DNA of 64,000 nucleotides from Promethearchaeota archaeon (GCA_011364925.1 RDOA01000009.1:47291-111290), one strand, 5' to 3'; positions 20,850 through 31,001 are shown, counted from the stretch's first letter. A program made the numbers and translations. Notes: a model not told the origin generated them from the letters alone.

Positions 20850-23036
20850 TTATTTTCCCTCCATATGAAATATTCTGTGCTTATCAAGTTTAACTCGATA
20901 ATTTGGTGGAACCACTAAAGTAGTAGCTGGAGCCTCAATAACAGCCGGACCATTTACGATATTTCCACTATTTAATAGTCTCATTTCCCAGATAGAAGAC
21001 TCGTGCCATTTTCCGTCCCAATATGTTTCTCTTGTCCCTTTAGAGGATATGTCGTTAGGCCTTTCACTGCTTAACTCATACTCTGGTAATATAGGTTTAG
21101 GAACTGGTACTACTCCCGTACCGACAGCCTTAGTAACATGATAACCTAATTCAGGACTTTTGGTCCCTCGTCGAAAAATTTTTTCAAACAAATCGTCGTA
21201 TCGCTTAAGGATTATATCTACATCAGGCGAATCAAAACGATCTAGCTCTGCAGAATACTCTGCATTCAGTACATCGGTATGCGATTCAACTTCTAAATCT
21301 TTCAACATCCCAAAATATTGTAACTTAAGGGACGGTTTAAACTTCATTTCTTCAGGGTTCCTCCCTTCCTTTTCAAATTCTTCTTTAATTCTTGTTTTCA
21401 AGTCATTCCATGTTGAGCTTAGCATTGAGGCAACAAATCCACTCATAGTTCTGTCAGGATCGATAACTAAATCTACAGAGATCTCGTGTCTATAAGAGTG
21501 ATCGGCACATGCGCACCCATAAGCTGAAAACGCAGCAGCCCACTCCGGTATCATAATATTTTGAAAAGATAACCCTTTTGAATATCCTGCTACATGAAGA
21601 GGTCCACCACCTCCAAAGCTTAAAAGCGTATAATTTTCTGGTCTAAATCCAAGGCCCTGAATCATCCCGTTTAGGTGGTTTTTCATGTTAATCTCAATTA
21701 AATCCAAAGCTCCTCTTGCGGTTTCATATGGATCAGTTTTGAAAGGTGTAGCTAATTGATCTTCGATGTAACTAAGTGCTCTTTTTTTGTTTAAAGGAAC
21801 TTTCCCACCCAAAAAGTAGTCTGGATTAAGGTAGCCAAGAATCAAGCTGCAGTCAGTCATAGTCACTTGTTCTACTCCTGATTGTTCGTTACACACTCCT
21901 ATAAGATATCCTGCGCTCTCAGGACCGAATTCTAGTCTACCAGAAACATCATTGTATCTAACATACATCCCTGTACCTGCTCCAATTGAATCCAACGCTA
22001 TCATGGGAATATTTAGGATAAATCCACCAAGAGAGCTTTCCCATTTAGTCGGAACATAGTGTTCCATAGTTAGCCCAACATCAAAACTCGTACCTCCTAC
22101 ATCTGAAGATACCAGGTTTTTTATACCATATTTTTCAGCAATGAATTTACTACCAATCATACCCCCTATTGGTCCAGAGACCATGGTCGGAATAAGAGAT
22201 TTAGAATAGGGAGACATTGTTCCTCCATAAGAGGTCAAAATCCTAAGAGGTGCTGGCACACCCTTCTCTTTTAATTTCTCAGCTATAGCTTTTAATTGCT
22301 TCCTTGAGGGTTCTGCGGCATATTGTTCAATAAGAAGAGCGTTTAATCGTGGTGTTTCACCTCTTACCGGATTATGATCGGAAGACAGGATGACTGGTAT
22401 TTCTTTCCCTTTCTCTTTCATAATTTGCTTTGCTATTCTTTCTACCTCCATTTCATGCATTGAATTCATATATGAACAAAGTAGACATACACAGATACAA
22501 TCTACATTCATTTCAAGTAATTCGTCTACTGCTTTTTCTACATCTCTTTCATAAAGAGGAATCAGTTCGTCACCCCAAAAATTAATTCTTCCTCTCACTC
22601 CTTTAAAGTTATTTCTTGGAATAAGAGTCGGAGGATGTTCGTGTTCCCTAACATGAAGTCTTCCAGCATAATCAAGTCCTATCCAACATTGTAAAGCCCT
22701 TCCTAAACGGTGGAGATCCTCAAATCCTGCATTTACAATAACGCCAATGTTGTCGTTTCCTTCTCGTTCCAAAAGTCTATTAAGCATGGCTGTGCCTGAA
22801 TAGACTAAAGCCTCCACACCGACACCAGTATCTTCTAACAATTTACCCCATTGGTTTAATGAATCTTCGATGGAATTTAAAATTCCAATGGATTCTTCGT
22901 TTCCGGTGGTTAATGCTTTTCCTACAGAAAAACTACCATTCTCATCTATAATAAAGGAATCTGTCATTGTTCCACCAGTATCTAACGCAATGACCTTTAA
23001 TAAATGTGCTTTATCTTCATTTACTGATTCTGTCAA
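20850..23036 (-). CDS. acxA: Acetone carboxylase beta subunit (hydantoinase A family)
   Basis: DTGGTMTD, SGPIGG, DVGGTSFD, SIGAGTG, FGGGGPLH, GPAVIE; first gene of the acxABC operon. Confidence 0.9.
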   Translation of the reverse strand: MTESVNEDKAHLLKVIALDTGGTMTDSFIIDENGSFSVGKALTTGNEESIGILNSIEDSLNQWGKLLEDTGVGVEALVYSGTAMLNRLLEREGNDNIGVIVNAGFEDLHRLGRALQCWIGLDYAGRLHVREHEHPPTLIPRNNFKGVRGRINFWGDELIPLYERDVEKAVDELLEMNVDCICVCLLCSYMNSMHEMEVERIAKQIMKEKGKEIPVILSSDHNPVRGETPRLNALLIEQYAAEPSRKQLKAIAEKLKEKGVPAPLRILTSYGGTMSPYSKSLIPTMVSGPIGGMIGSKFIAEKYGIKNLVSSDVGGTSFDVGLTMEHYVPTKWESSLGGFILNIPMIALDSIGAGTGMYVRYNDVSGRLEFGPESAGYLIGVCNEQSGVEQVTMTDCSLILGYLNPDYFLGGKVPLNKKRALSYIEDQLATPFKTDPYETARGALDLIEINMKNHLNGMIQGLGFRPENYTLLSFGGGGPLHVAGYSKGLSFQNIMIPEWAAAFSAYGCACADHSYRHEISVDLVIDPDRTMSGFVASMLSSTWNDLKTRIKEEFEKEGRNPEEMKFKPSLKLQYFGMLKDLEVESHTDVLNAEYSAELDRFDSPDVDIILKRYDDLFEKIFRRGTKSPELGYHVTKAVGTGVVPVPKPILPEYELSSERPNDISSKGTRETYWDGKWHESSIWEMRLLNSGNIVNGPAVIEAPATTLVVPPNYRVKLDKHRIFHMEGK

Positions 23037-23165
23037 TTTCTTTCACTTAGAACTTTTTTAAAATTATATAACATAATTAGAGTTGATGCTATTTATAGCT
23101 AAGTGGTTATCAATATAATGTAAAATTGAAAAATAAGTATGATGATATTAACATCTAATAGAGAA

Positions 23166-24704
23166 TTAAATTCGTTCTATCATCATTCCACCAAGTATTA
23201 TAGGTCCACCTGTTGAATTGTAAATATTTTCTGCCCGTTTTATTTTACTTTGACTCTCAGAATATATTTTGAAAATTAAATCTCCTTCTTTAATTCTTGC
23301 GCCTTGTTTTTTGAAAATCTCGACACCTGACTGTTTTGAGTGTGGACATCCAGTAGCTTTGGCAATCTGATTAATAATGGCGTTATTTACTCCAGTTATA
23401 TGCCCTGGCTTTGTGGCAAAGAATTCTTTTTTGTAAGGCCCTAATTTAATTTCTTCTGGTTTAAGTTCAGGATTTCCACCTTGTGCTTTAATTATACTTC
23501 TCATTTTTTCATACGCCTTTCCAGATCGCAAAATTTCCTTTGCTAATTTTTGGCCCATTCCTTTTTGAGCTTTCCCTCCCATTTCAAGTAAAATGCCTGC
23601 TATATCTGTAGATTTTTCAATTAGAGAATTGGGACCAGCAGAATAGTCCATAAGTAGTGTTAACGCTTCTTTAGCTTCTAAACCAGGTCCAACCGCGTGA
23701 CCAATAGGTTGGTGTGCAAGAGTTAGTGCGCATTCTGCTTTAATTCCAACATTTCTTGCTATTTCTTTAAAAACATAAGCGAATTGTTTACCATCATGAG
23801 GGGTTGTAAATTTCGTACCTTCGCCTACCGGTATGTCTAATACGAGTTTTTTAACACCGAGAGATAATTTTTTAGTTATTATAGAGGGAATCATAAGGCC
23901 TATAGGGTCCATGTGCAATGGGCGTTCAATTTCGATTAATATGTTATCCGCGGGTGAAGTGTTTAAAGCTCCACCCCAAATAATGCAAGCGTTCTCTGTC
24001 GACACAATGGTTTTCAATGCATCTGCTTCAAAAGCGACTGGTGCTAAAACTTCCATAGAATCAGCAGTTCCAGAAGGAGAAGTTATTGCCCTTGTAGAAG
24101 ATTTCGGAATGGTTAATCCCGTAGCTGCAACAATAGGAACTATTATTAGGGAAACCTTATTTCCCGGTACCCCTCCCGTTGAATGTTTATCATATACATC
24201 GGGACCAAAATTGAAGATTTCCCCACTCCTAGATTCCGCATTTGCTAACGAAGTCATCTCTTCATGATCCATCCCATTTATGAATACTGCTGTGATAAAA
24301 GCTGCCAGATCTATTTTTGATAAGGAACCTGAGACAGTATCAGAAACAATGTTGTTAATTTCTTCAGTTGTCAATTTGCTTCCCCTTATTTTTTTCTGAA
24401 TAAATTTGAAAGAATCGGGAGGATCTGCTGATTTGACAGATAACACCATGTTATCTTTAAGAGAAGGCTTTTCTTTAATGATATCTAGAAAAACACCAAT
24501 TTCTCCCGGTTTCACGATAGAATTAGAATAATCAATTTGTAAAATGGCAATCCAATATTTTTCTTCAATGTTTTTAGATTCTAAATTTTTAATATTAATT
24601 CTATCGCCAGCTTTTTGTCCAAGTTTAAGTGCATCCTTGATATTTAAAACAACATCTTTGGTATTACCTGTCTCAAAGTTTATTGTTTTTACTTTTAGCT
24701 TCAT
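23166..24704 (-). CDS. deoA: AMP phosphorylase (archaeal thymidine phosphorylase family)
   Basis: DKHSTGGVPGNK, KSSTRAITSPSGTADSMEVL, DIPVGEGTK, QPIGHAVGPGLEA. Confidence 0.92.
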   Translation of the reverse strand: MKLKVKTINFETGNTKDVVLNIKDALKLGQKAGDRINIKNLESKNIEEKYWIAILQIDYSNSIVKPGEIGVFLDIIKEKPSLKDNMVLSVKSADPPDSFKFIQKKIRGSKLTTEEINNIVSDTVSGSLSKIDLAAFITAVFINGMDHEEMTSLANAESRSGEIFNFGPDVYDKHSTGGVPGNKVSLIIVPIVAATGLTIPKSSTRAITSPSGTADSMEVLAPVAFEADALKTIVSTENACIIWGGALNTSPADNILIEIERPLHMDPIGLMIPSIITKKLSLGVKKLVLDIPVGEGTKFTTPHDGKQFAYVFKEIARNVGIKAECALTLAHQPIGHAVGPGLEAKEALTLLMDYSAGPNSLIEKSTDIAGILLEMGGKAQKGMGQKLAKEILRSGKAYEKMRSIIKAQGGNPELKPEEIKLGPYKKEFFATKPGHITGVNNAIINQIAKATGCPHSKQSGVEIFKKQGARIKEGDLIFKIYSESQSKIKRAENIYNSTGGPIILGGMMIERI

Positions 24705-24866
24705 AATTTCAAAATAGCGTTTAATTCATTATAAATTAGATCATTCGGTTAAATAAAGGTACTTGAATAGTCTTCGTATTCCCCTCTGAATAATTTCTCG
24801 CGTGAGTTTCTCATTTTCCGAATATTTTATTTAAACTTTTTAATAAAATTAATTAAAAATCAATAA

Positions 24867-26018
24867 ATGATAAGAAGTATGAACAAGTTCGAAAAAGCTC
24901 AAACTGTACTCAACGAAATTGACGCGGAAGGCTGGTTAATAGTATGCGTTGAAGATAGTGATATTAATTCTAGATTTATGATAGGTGTTACTTCTCACGC
25001 CCGGCACTACATTTATATTGGTGCTGATGGAAAACATAAAGTTATCGCTGTTGAGATGGAAGCTCCCATGATTGCTCGTTCTTTAAAGGACAAAGGAGTA
25101 AATGCTGATGTGGTATCCTATAACTCAATGCTTGAATTAACAACATTGTTAATTCCTCTTGTTAATAAACCGCGTATAGCTTTAAACTTCGGAAATGAAA
25201 TACTATCTCCAGAAGGAACCGCCTTTGCTGATCAGATTCGCGTAGGAGATTTCTTCTCGATGAAAACATTGGCTCCACAAACAGAATTTATATCAGCAGC
25301 ACCTATAATAGAGAGGTTAAGAAGCGTAAAATCCTCTGAAGAGTTAAAAGATTTGCGAAACGTATGCAAAGCCACTTTAGAGTTATTGGAGAAATTTCCC
25401 GATTGGGTTAAGGTTGGGATGACGGAAAAGGAAGTAAAAGCAAAATTAGAATACGAATATATGAAAGTGGGGAGACCTTCGTTTCCAGCAATAGTTGCCA
25501 CTGGAGCTCATTCAGCAGATCCGCATCATAACACTTCTTCGAAGAAAATTGAACCGGGTGTGTTATTAGTGGATACAGGGTTGCAAATCGACGAAATGTG
25601 CTCTGACATAACTTGGACATTTTGGGTTCGAGATAAACCTGTTCAAGAATTTATCACCGCTTACGACGCTCTTTTTGAATCTAAAGAAATTGCTCACAAT
25701 TTCTTTACTGATGGAACCCCAAATAACTTACCTGCTAAGAAATGTCGAAAATATCTAGCTGATAAGGGATACGACCACGAGAAGTTATTTTTCCATGGAT
25801 ACGGCCACTCATTAGGATTCGAAGCGCACGACATCGGCGGTAGAATTAACTGGAATATGCCTGACAATATTAAACTTAAAGAGAATATGGTATATACGAG
25901 CGAGCCAGGGCTATATTGGACTGATAAATGGGGAATAAGGTTAGAAGACGATGTTATTATAGGTAAAGATAAATGCGAGAAAGTTACTTATAACTCTAAA
26001 GATCCTATGATAATTTAA
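24867..26018 (+). CDS. Xaa-Pro peptidase family (M24B)
   Basis: PHH, DTG...SDITWT, HGYGHSLGFEAHD, EPGLY, GIRLEDD. Confidence 0.9.
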   Translation: MIRSMNKFEKAQTVLNEIDAEGWLIVCVEDSDINSRFMIGVTSHARHYIYIGADGKHKVIAVEMEAPMIARSLKDKGVNADVVSYNSMLELTTLLIPLVNKPRIALNFGNEILSPEGTAFADQIRVGDFFSMKTLAPQTEFISAAPIIERLRSVKSSEELKDLRNVCKATLELLEKFPDWVKVGMTEKEVKAKLEYEYMKVGRPSFPAIVATGAHSADPHHNTSSKKIEPGVLLVDTGLQIDEMCSDITWTFWVRDKPVQEFITAYDALFESKEIAHNFFTDGTPNNLPAKKCRKYLADKGYDHEKLFFHGYGHSLGFEAHDIGGRINWNMPDNIKLKENMVYTSEPGLYWTDKWGIRLEDDVIIGKDKCEKVTYNSKDPMII

Positions 26019-26031
26019 ACTTGATTTTTGC

Positions 26032-27339
26032 TTAAAGTTTGATGGAGAATGGGAATTCTTTAGCTTCTTCTATTTTGTTTTGGTCAGGATCGACAAATTT
26101 TATGTATACTTTAATTATGTAATCTCCTGCTTCTAATGGTTTAAGGTTTATTTCCCATTTCAAATCTTCATTAGTTCTTAATGAATATATCTGTTTTTTA
26201 GTGGTACCTCTCATAACTTTTAAATTCTCGGGGAATTCGACATCAATATCTACATCTAACGCTTCCCCTTCGCTTTGGTTTTCAATTAGAATCTCCAAAG
26301 GAAATGTTTGATCAATAAGAGGAGGTCTTAAATTTTTAATAGAAGCTAATAGTGTAGCAGGAGGGGAAACTAACTGAGGTACTACTGATTGAGTTTCATA
26401 TGTAAAGATGAGGTTTTTGTCTAAATCGCAAGTAAACAAAATAGGTCCAATGAACGGATTTTCAATTTGGAAATGAGGTTTAATTATAAATTCTAAACTG
26501 GAAACATTTCCCACATCAAGAGTTAAAGGAACTTGTGGTTTTTTACTCGTAGTCAAGTTATCTGAAAGGTTAACTGTTATTTTATTTATATTAAACTCGC
26601 TATATTCAAACTGATAATAAGGATCATTTAGGATCGTTGATAAGCCTGTGATATCAAAATTGAGAGTAAGGTTTATTAGTTCATTAGTGTTATATTGGTC
26701 TTTATCTAGTTTAAATGTTGAGTTAGTTAACAGTTGAACATTTATTAGGAGTAGCACATATTTTAATAGTTTTACTTCAGCGTCCCTAAATTTGTAATGG
26801 GTCATATTCTCTTTAATTTTATCAATGTATTTGATTTGTTTATCCCGAAGAGAAAGGGTAATTTCAGAAACTAGCTGTATTAATGAGCTTTCCTTGAAAA
26901 AATCTTTATCGACCTTTCTTTGAATCTTCTTTATATTCTCTAAACCTTCCTCAGGATTACCCTTAAGAAATGAACATAAATAGGATAATACTGAAAAGAG
27001 AATGCTATTATAACTTCGTTCTCCTTCATTTTTTAGCTTCGGAACATACTCTAACACTTCTTTATAAACTTCGTTAGCTGCTAAAAATTCATCTGCATAA
27101 ATACAAGCTTCCCCAGATTGCCTAAATAGCTCAATAGTAGTATCATATCTCTCCAATTCCATAAACATTTTAGCAGCATTGATAAAACTGTTCCTAGCCT
27201 CTTCAAATTCCTCTAATTTCAGCAGAATATTTCCAGCTAAGTGATAATTTTTACCAGCTTTTTTAAATTGTCTTGCTTTGAACAGTTGGTCAGCTTTTAG
27301 TATTTGCTTTTCAGCTTGTTCTCTTTGGTCTTTTCCCAT
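26032..27339 (-). CDS. Hypothetical protein: TPR/SNAP-like helical N-terminus plus C-terminal Ig-like domains
   Basis: Ala-rich TPR-like helices (AGKNYHLAGNILLKLEEFEEARNSFINAA). C-terminal LEILIENQSEGEALDVDI...L.PLEAGDY beta-sandwich. Confidence 0.65.
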   Translation of the reverse strand: MGKDQREQAEKQILKADQLFKARQFKKAGKNYHLAGNILLKLEEFEEARNSFINAAKMFMELERYDTTIELFRQSGEACIYADEFLAANEVYKEVLEYVPKLKNEGERSYNSILFSVLSYLCSFLKGNPEEGLENIKKIQRKVDKDFFKESSLIQLVSEITLSLRDKQIKYIDKIKENMTHYKFRDAEVKLLKYVLLLINVQLLTNSTFKLDKDQYNTNELINLTLNFDITGLSTILNDPYYQFEYSEFNINKITVNLSDNLTTSKKPQVPLTLDVGNVSSLEFIIKPHFQIENPFIGPILFTCDLDKNLIFTYETQSVVPQLVSPPATLLASIKNLRPPLIDQTFPLEILIENQSEGEALDVDIDVEFPENLKVMRGTTKKQIYSLRTNEDLKWEINLKPLEAGDYIIKVYIKFVDPDQNKIEEAKEFPFSIKL

Positions 27340-27448
27340 TTAAAATCCCAATAATTTTAATTTAAATTTATGAATTAAATTACACATTAAAAATTACGCC
27401 TAATTAATGAGAAAAAAGAAAAAAAAAGACAAATTTAATTTATTTTGT

Positions 27449-28105
27449 TTATAAAGCTAAAACCATTAGTACAAATGCTATTAAAATGAGTATTCCTCCA
27501 AATCCAGCTAATCCAATAAAACCTACCGCAAATGGCGATATCCAAGTAAAGATAACAAAACCTATTAATAGGACTACCCACCATGAGTAATTAATTACCT
27601 TCAAATCTACGAAATCAAATAAAACGATAATCAAAAGTATTAAAAGAATTAATCCAATAACGCCATTAACGATAAGAAGAGCATTTCCAGAGAGGAAAAG
27701 TAAAAAGCACTCATAAACCGAAAAGCCAATACCGATTAGTAGTACTATTTTTGAAGCTTTATATGGTTTCTTTTGCATAAATAATTCAACAAATGCCGCT
27801 ATTAACAACAATATTCCAGCAAAATAACCACCACCAAAGAAGTAGGCAAATATAATCAATATAGCTCCAAAGATAAGGATTAGCCACCATTGATATGGAA
27901 TTTTTAAAGGCCCAAAACTAATCAATTCTAATGTAAGAAAGATTAAGAACGCAATGACTAAGCAAAGTATCCCCCAGAGTATATTAAGACCGAAACCACC
28001 TAGTGGCGCATAGAAATATGTTATAGCCATAAAAATTGTATAAAGCATCCCTATAAACACAAGCAATTTTGGAGCTGAAATTTTTTCTGTTGACAATTCA
28101 TTCAT
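27449..28105 (-). CDS. Integral membrane protein with internal two-fold duplication
   Basis: About 8 hydrophobic segments; halves repeat (APKLLVFIG/ASKIVLLIG; IPYQWWLILIFG/INYSWWVVLLIG). Confidence 0.8.
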   Translation of the reverse strand: MNELSTEKISAPKLLVFIGMLYTIFMAITYFYAPLGGFGLNILWGILCLVIAFLIFLTLELISFGPLKIPYQWWLILIFGAILIIFAYFFGGGYFAGILLLIAAFVELFMQKKPYKASKIVLLIGIGFSVYECFLLFLSGNALLIVNGVIGLILLILLIIVLFDFVDLKVINYSWWVVLLIGFVIFTWISPFAVGFIGLAGFGGILILIAFVLMVLAL

Positions 28106-28270
28106 TTTTTTTCACTTTTTTTAAATTCTTCTAAATTTTAATTTAGAATTAGAAATTAAATAGGATCGTGAATTTAAAAAGATTTACAGATTACTTAAGA
28201 TATTATTAATAGGAGTTCAAAACTCTTATTAAAAAATAAAATTTTAAAAATTAGAGATTAAAATTTTTTT

Positions 28271-28337
28271 CCGAAACCATCACATAATGGGTTGTCTTCT
28301 CGCGACTATTATTTCTTCGCGAAAATCATTCTTTCGG
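28271..28337 (-). promoter_or_regulatory. SECIS element (eukaryote-like AUGA...GA type)
   Basis: mRNA reads CCGAAA-GA-AUGA-UUUUCGCGA-AGAAAUAAUAG-UCGCGAGAA-GA-CAAC-[CCAUUA-UG-UGAUGG]-UUUCGG. This gives an AUGA/GA core, a 9-bp upper stem, an AAA-containing loop and a CCGAAA/UUUCGG lower stem, directly 3' of two UGA-containing genes. Confidence 0.88.
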
Positions 28338-28814
28338 TTTAATTTTTTTTGCTTTTTCATCAGAATCTTTTTTCTCATTTATTAAGGATTCTTTAATGGG
28401 ATTGGTGCCTAGATTTTCTATTAATTCAGTAACCCTGGTAACTTCTTCTTGAAATCTCTGGCCCTCAGCAGCACTACAGTTAAACATTTGGATTCTTTCA
28501 GGAGCTACTCCGGCAGTTTTTAAAATTTCTCGAGTGTATTCAACATTTTTTGCTGCTACTAAATTACCAGTTTCATAATCGCATTCTCCTTCGTATCATC
28601 CTGCAACGACTACTCCATCTGCGCCCTTTCCAATCGCCCTCATCATTAAACTGGGGGTAACCCTCCCAGTACAGTTAATTCGCACAGGTCTAATAGACGC
28701 AGGATATTGAGCGCGTATTGTTCCAGCCATATCCCCAGCACCATAACCTCATTTCCAACACATAAAAGCTATTATCTTTACCTGGTCTTTTGTTTTTGCT
28801 ACTATAATTTTCAC
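28326..28814 (-). CDS. mvhD: Selenoprotein VhuD/MvhD (methyl-viologen-reducing hydrogenase delta subunit, 2Fe-2S), 2 Sec; not in ORF track
   Basis: Translates KIIAFMCWK-U-GYGAGDMAG...RINCTGRV...GADGVVVAG-U-YEGECDYETGN...PERIQMFNCSAAEG. TGA at 28749-28751 and 28596-28598 occupy conserved MvhD Cys positions. Start is GTG 28814 or a nearby ATA; stop is TGA 28326-28328. Confidence 0.93.
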
Positions 28815-28818
28815 CTCT

Positions 28819-30795
28819 CTATATCTCTTCCAATATCGCGTCTATCTGTTTTTCGTATTGAGGTTCACGATAATATCTTAAAGTAATTGCTTCTGAGGGG
28901 CAATTAGCCAAACAAGCACCACAACCTCTACAAAGGATATCGTTAACTTCTGCGCCATCCGATTCGACAGTAATCGCACCATATGGGCAGTTGAGCTGAC
29001 ACAATCCACACTTTGCGCATCTTTCGTTATCAACAGTTGCACGAATTAGGAGAATCCTATATTTATCCTTTGTCATTAACCTTGCCAAAGACGACGCAGC
29101 GGCTCTTCCTTGCGCTATTGACTCTGAAATTGATTTTGGTCCTTGAGATACACCAGCTAGCACAATTCCAGGGATTTTTGTATCGATTGGATTCAATCGC
29201 GAATGATATTCCTTGAAAAATCCATCATGACTTTTCTCTAGTTTCAGAATATTGGACAAACCCTCAATCCCTTTAGCGGGTACCATAGCGCTAGATAAAA
29301 CTACCAAATCAAATTCAAATTCTTTTAATCCCGTAGTACCTACGGTGTTTTGTAATCTTACTTTAAGGTTATGGGTTTCGGGGTCTTCATAAATTCTGGA
29401 TACATTAGTTCGTATGTATTTTATTCCCTCTTTTCTAGATGCTGTAAAATATTCCTCGTAATCTTTCCCCGCAGCTCTTATATCCATGTAGGCTACGGAA
29501 ACATCAATATCGGGAGAGTGTTGTTTAATGAGCTTTGTATTCTTTACTGAGATCATACAACACACTCCAGCACTACAGTAAGTTTGCCTGGTTAAATCTC
29601 TTGATCCTACACATTGAATAAATAGAACGCTTTTAGGCTCTTTTCCATCAGAAGGTCGCTTTAGGTGTCCTATTGTAGGTCCATTAGGTGCTAATATTCT
29701 CTCCAGTTTTAACTGTGTTATAACATTAGGGTAAACATTGTAACCTAAATAACCTGTCTCTGGTTCGTATTCATCCCATCCTGTTGCAACTACTATAGAA
29801 CCAACCTCAATTTCTAAGATTTCATCTTTTTGGTCAAAATCTATCGCGTCTACTTCGCAAGCTTTTTCACATAATCCACATTTGATACACTTGGTCATGT
29901 CGATTTGAGCTATCATTGGAACTGCTTGTGCAAATGAAGCATATATAGCTTTTCTGGGATTCAAACCTTCGTTAAATTCATTGTATCCATAAGCTGGGCA
30001 GACTTCCCAACACGCTCCACAGCCATTGCAGTCATTGTTAACATATCTTGCTTTTTTTCTGATTTTAACCTTAAAATTCCCAACAAATCCAGTTACTTCT
30101 TCAACTTCACTATAGGTATGCAGATTCAATCCAGGAGTTCTAGCAGTTTGGAGCATAACCGGACCGAGAATTCATATACTGCAATCGTCTGTTGGGAATG
30201 TACGATCTAACATAGCCATCTTTCCGCCAATCGTGGGTTTTTTCTCTACTAAATGTACCTCAAAACCTTCTTCTGCTAAATCTATTCCTGCAGATAATCC
30301 TGCGACTCCCCCACCAATAATTAGAGCCTTTTTTGTTATATCTACTTCTTTGATTAAGATTTTCTCTAAAGTAGCAGCTCGAGCTACTCCGGCACGGATA
30401 GCGTCTTCTGCCGTTTTTTGTGCTCCAGGTTTATCATTTCTGTGGACAAAACTCGAATGCTCGCGGATATTCACGAATTCTAAGTATGACGGATCTAAAT
30501 TCATCGACTCTAGCACGCTTTTAAATACTGGTTCGTGAGTTTTTGGAGTGCATGATGCCATTAGTAATCGATTTGCATTAAATTCGATCATCTTTTCTTT
30601 TATAAACTCAGCACCAGACTGTGTTCATAGAGAAATATAATCTATCGCTTCTACAACATTAGGCAGTTTTTTGGCATATTCTGATAATACTTTTGTATCT
30701 ATGATTTCAGCGATGTTAAGTCCTCACTGGCAAATAGTAACTAAGATTCTGATGTCATCACTTTCAGTCATAACTTCCTCTTTAGTTTCTACCAT
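28819..30795 (-). CDS. hdrA: Selenoprotein heterodisulfide reductase subunit A-like (HdrA), 3 Sec; ORF track splits it into fragments
   Basis: One reading frame from ATG 30795 (alternative 30771) to TAG 28819. In-frame TGA at 30724-30726 (CQ-U-GLNI), 30625-30627 (ISL-U-TQSG) and 30172-30174 (TDDCSI-U-ILGP), all aligning with conserved HdrA cysteines. Also GGGVAG FAD motif, QCVGSRD and ferredoxin motifs. Confidence 0.95.
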
Positions 30796-31001
30796 TGCAT
30801 GTCCTTCCTTTCTAATTTTTTAAGTTCCTCCTAAATATTCAAATCTAATTATTACAGTTCTAAATGATTATTTCTAATTTAAAATAACTGATTAAAAAAA
30901 TAACTTTAAAACAATCTTTTTTTATATAAGTTTTATAATTAATTGAATTAAAAATATTCGTTAATCGTTTATAATCGAATTATCACGGTTATTGATATAA
31001 A

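Noticed and set aside
6058-24704. AMP phosphorylase + RuBisCO as an archaeal AMP/pentose-bisphosphate pathway cluster
   Set aside because: The RuBisCO homologue has form IV substitutions, the genes are about 16 kb apart, and no ribose-1,5-bisphosphate isomerase is in the window.
28326-30795. hdrA/vhuD as pseudogenes with premature stops
   Set aside because: All five interruptions are TGA at conserved Cys positions, there are no frameshifts, and a SECIS follows. This indicates Sec recoding.
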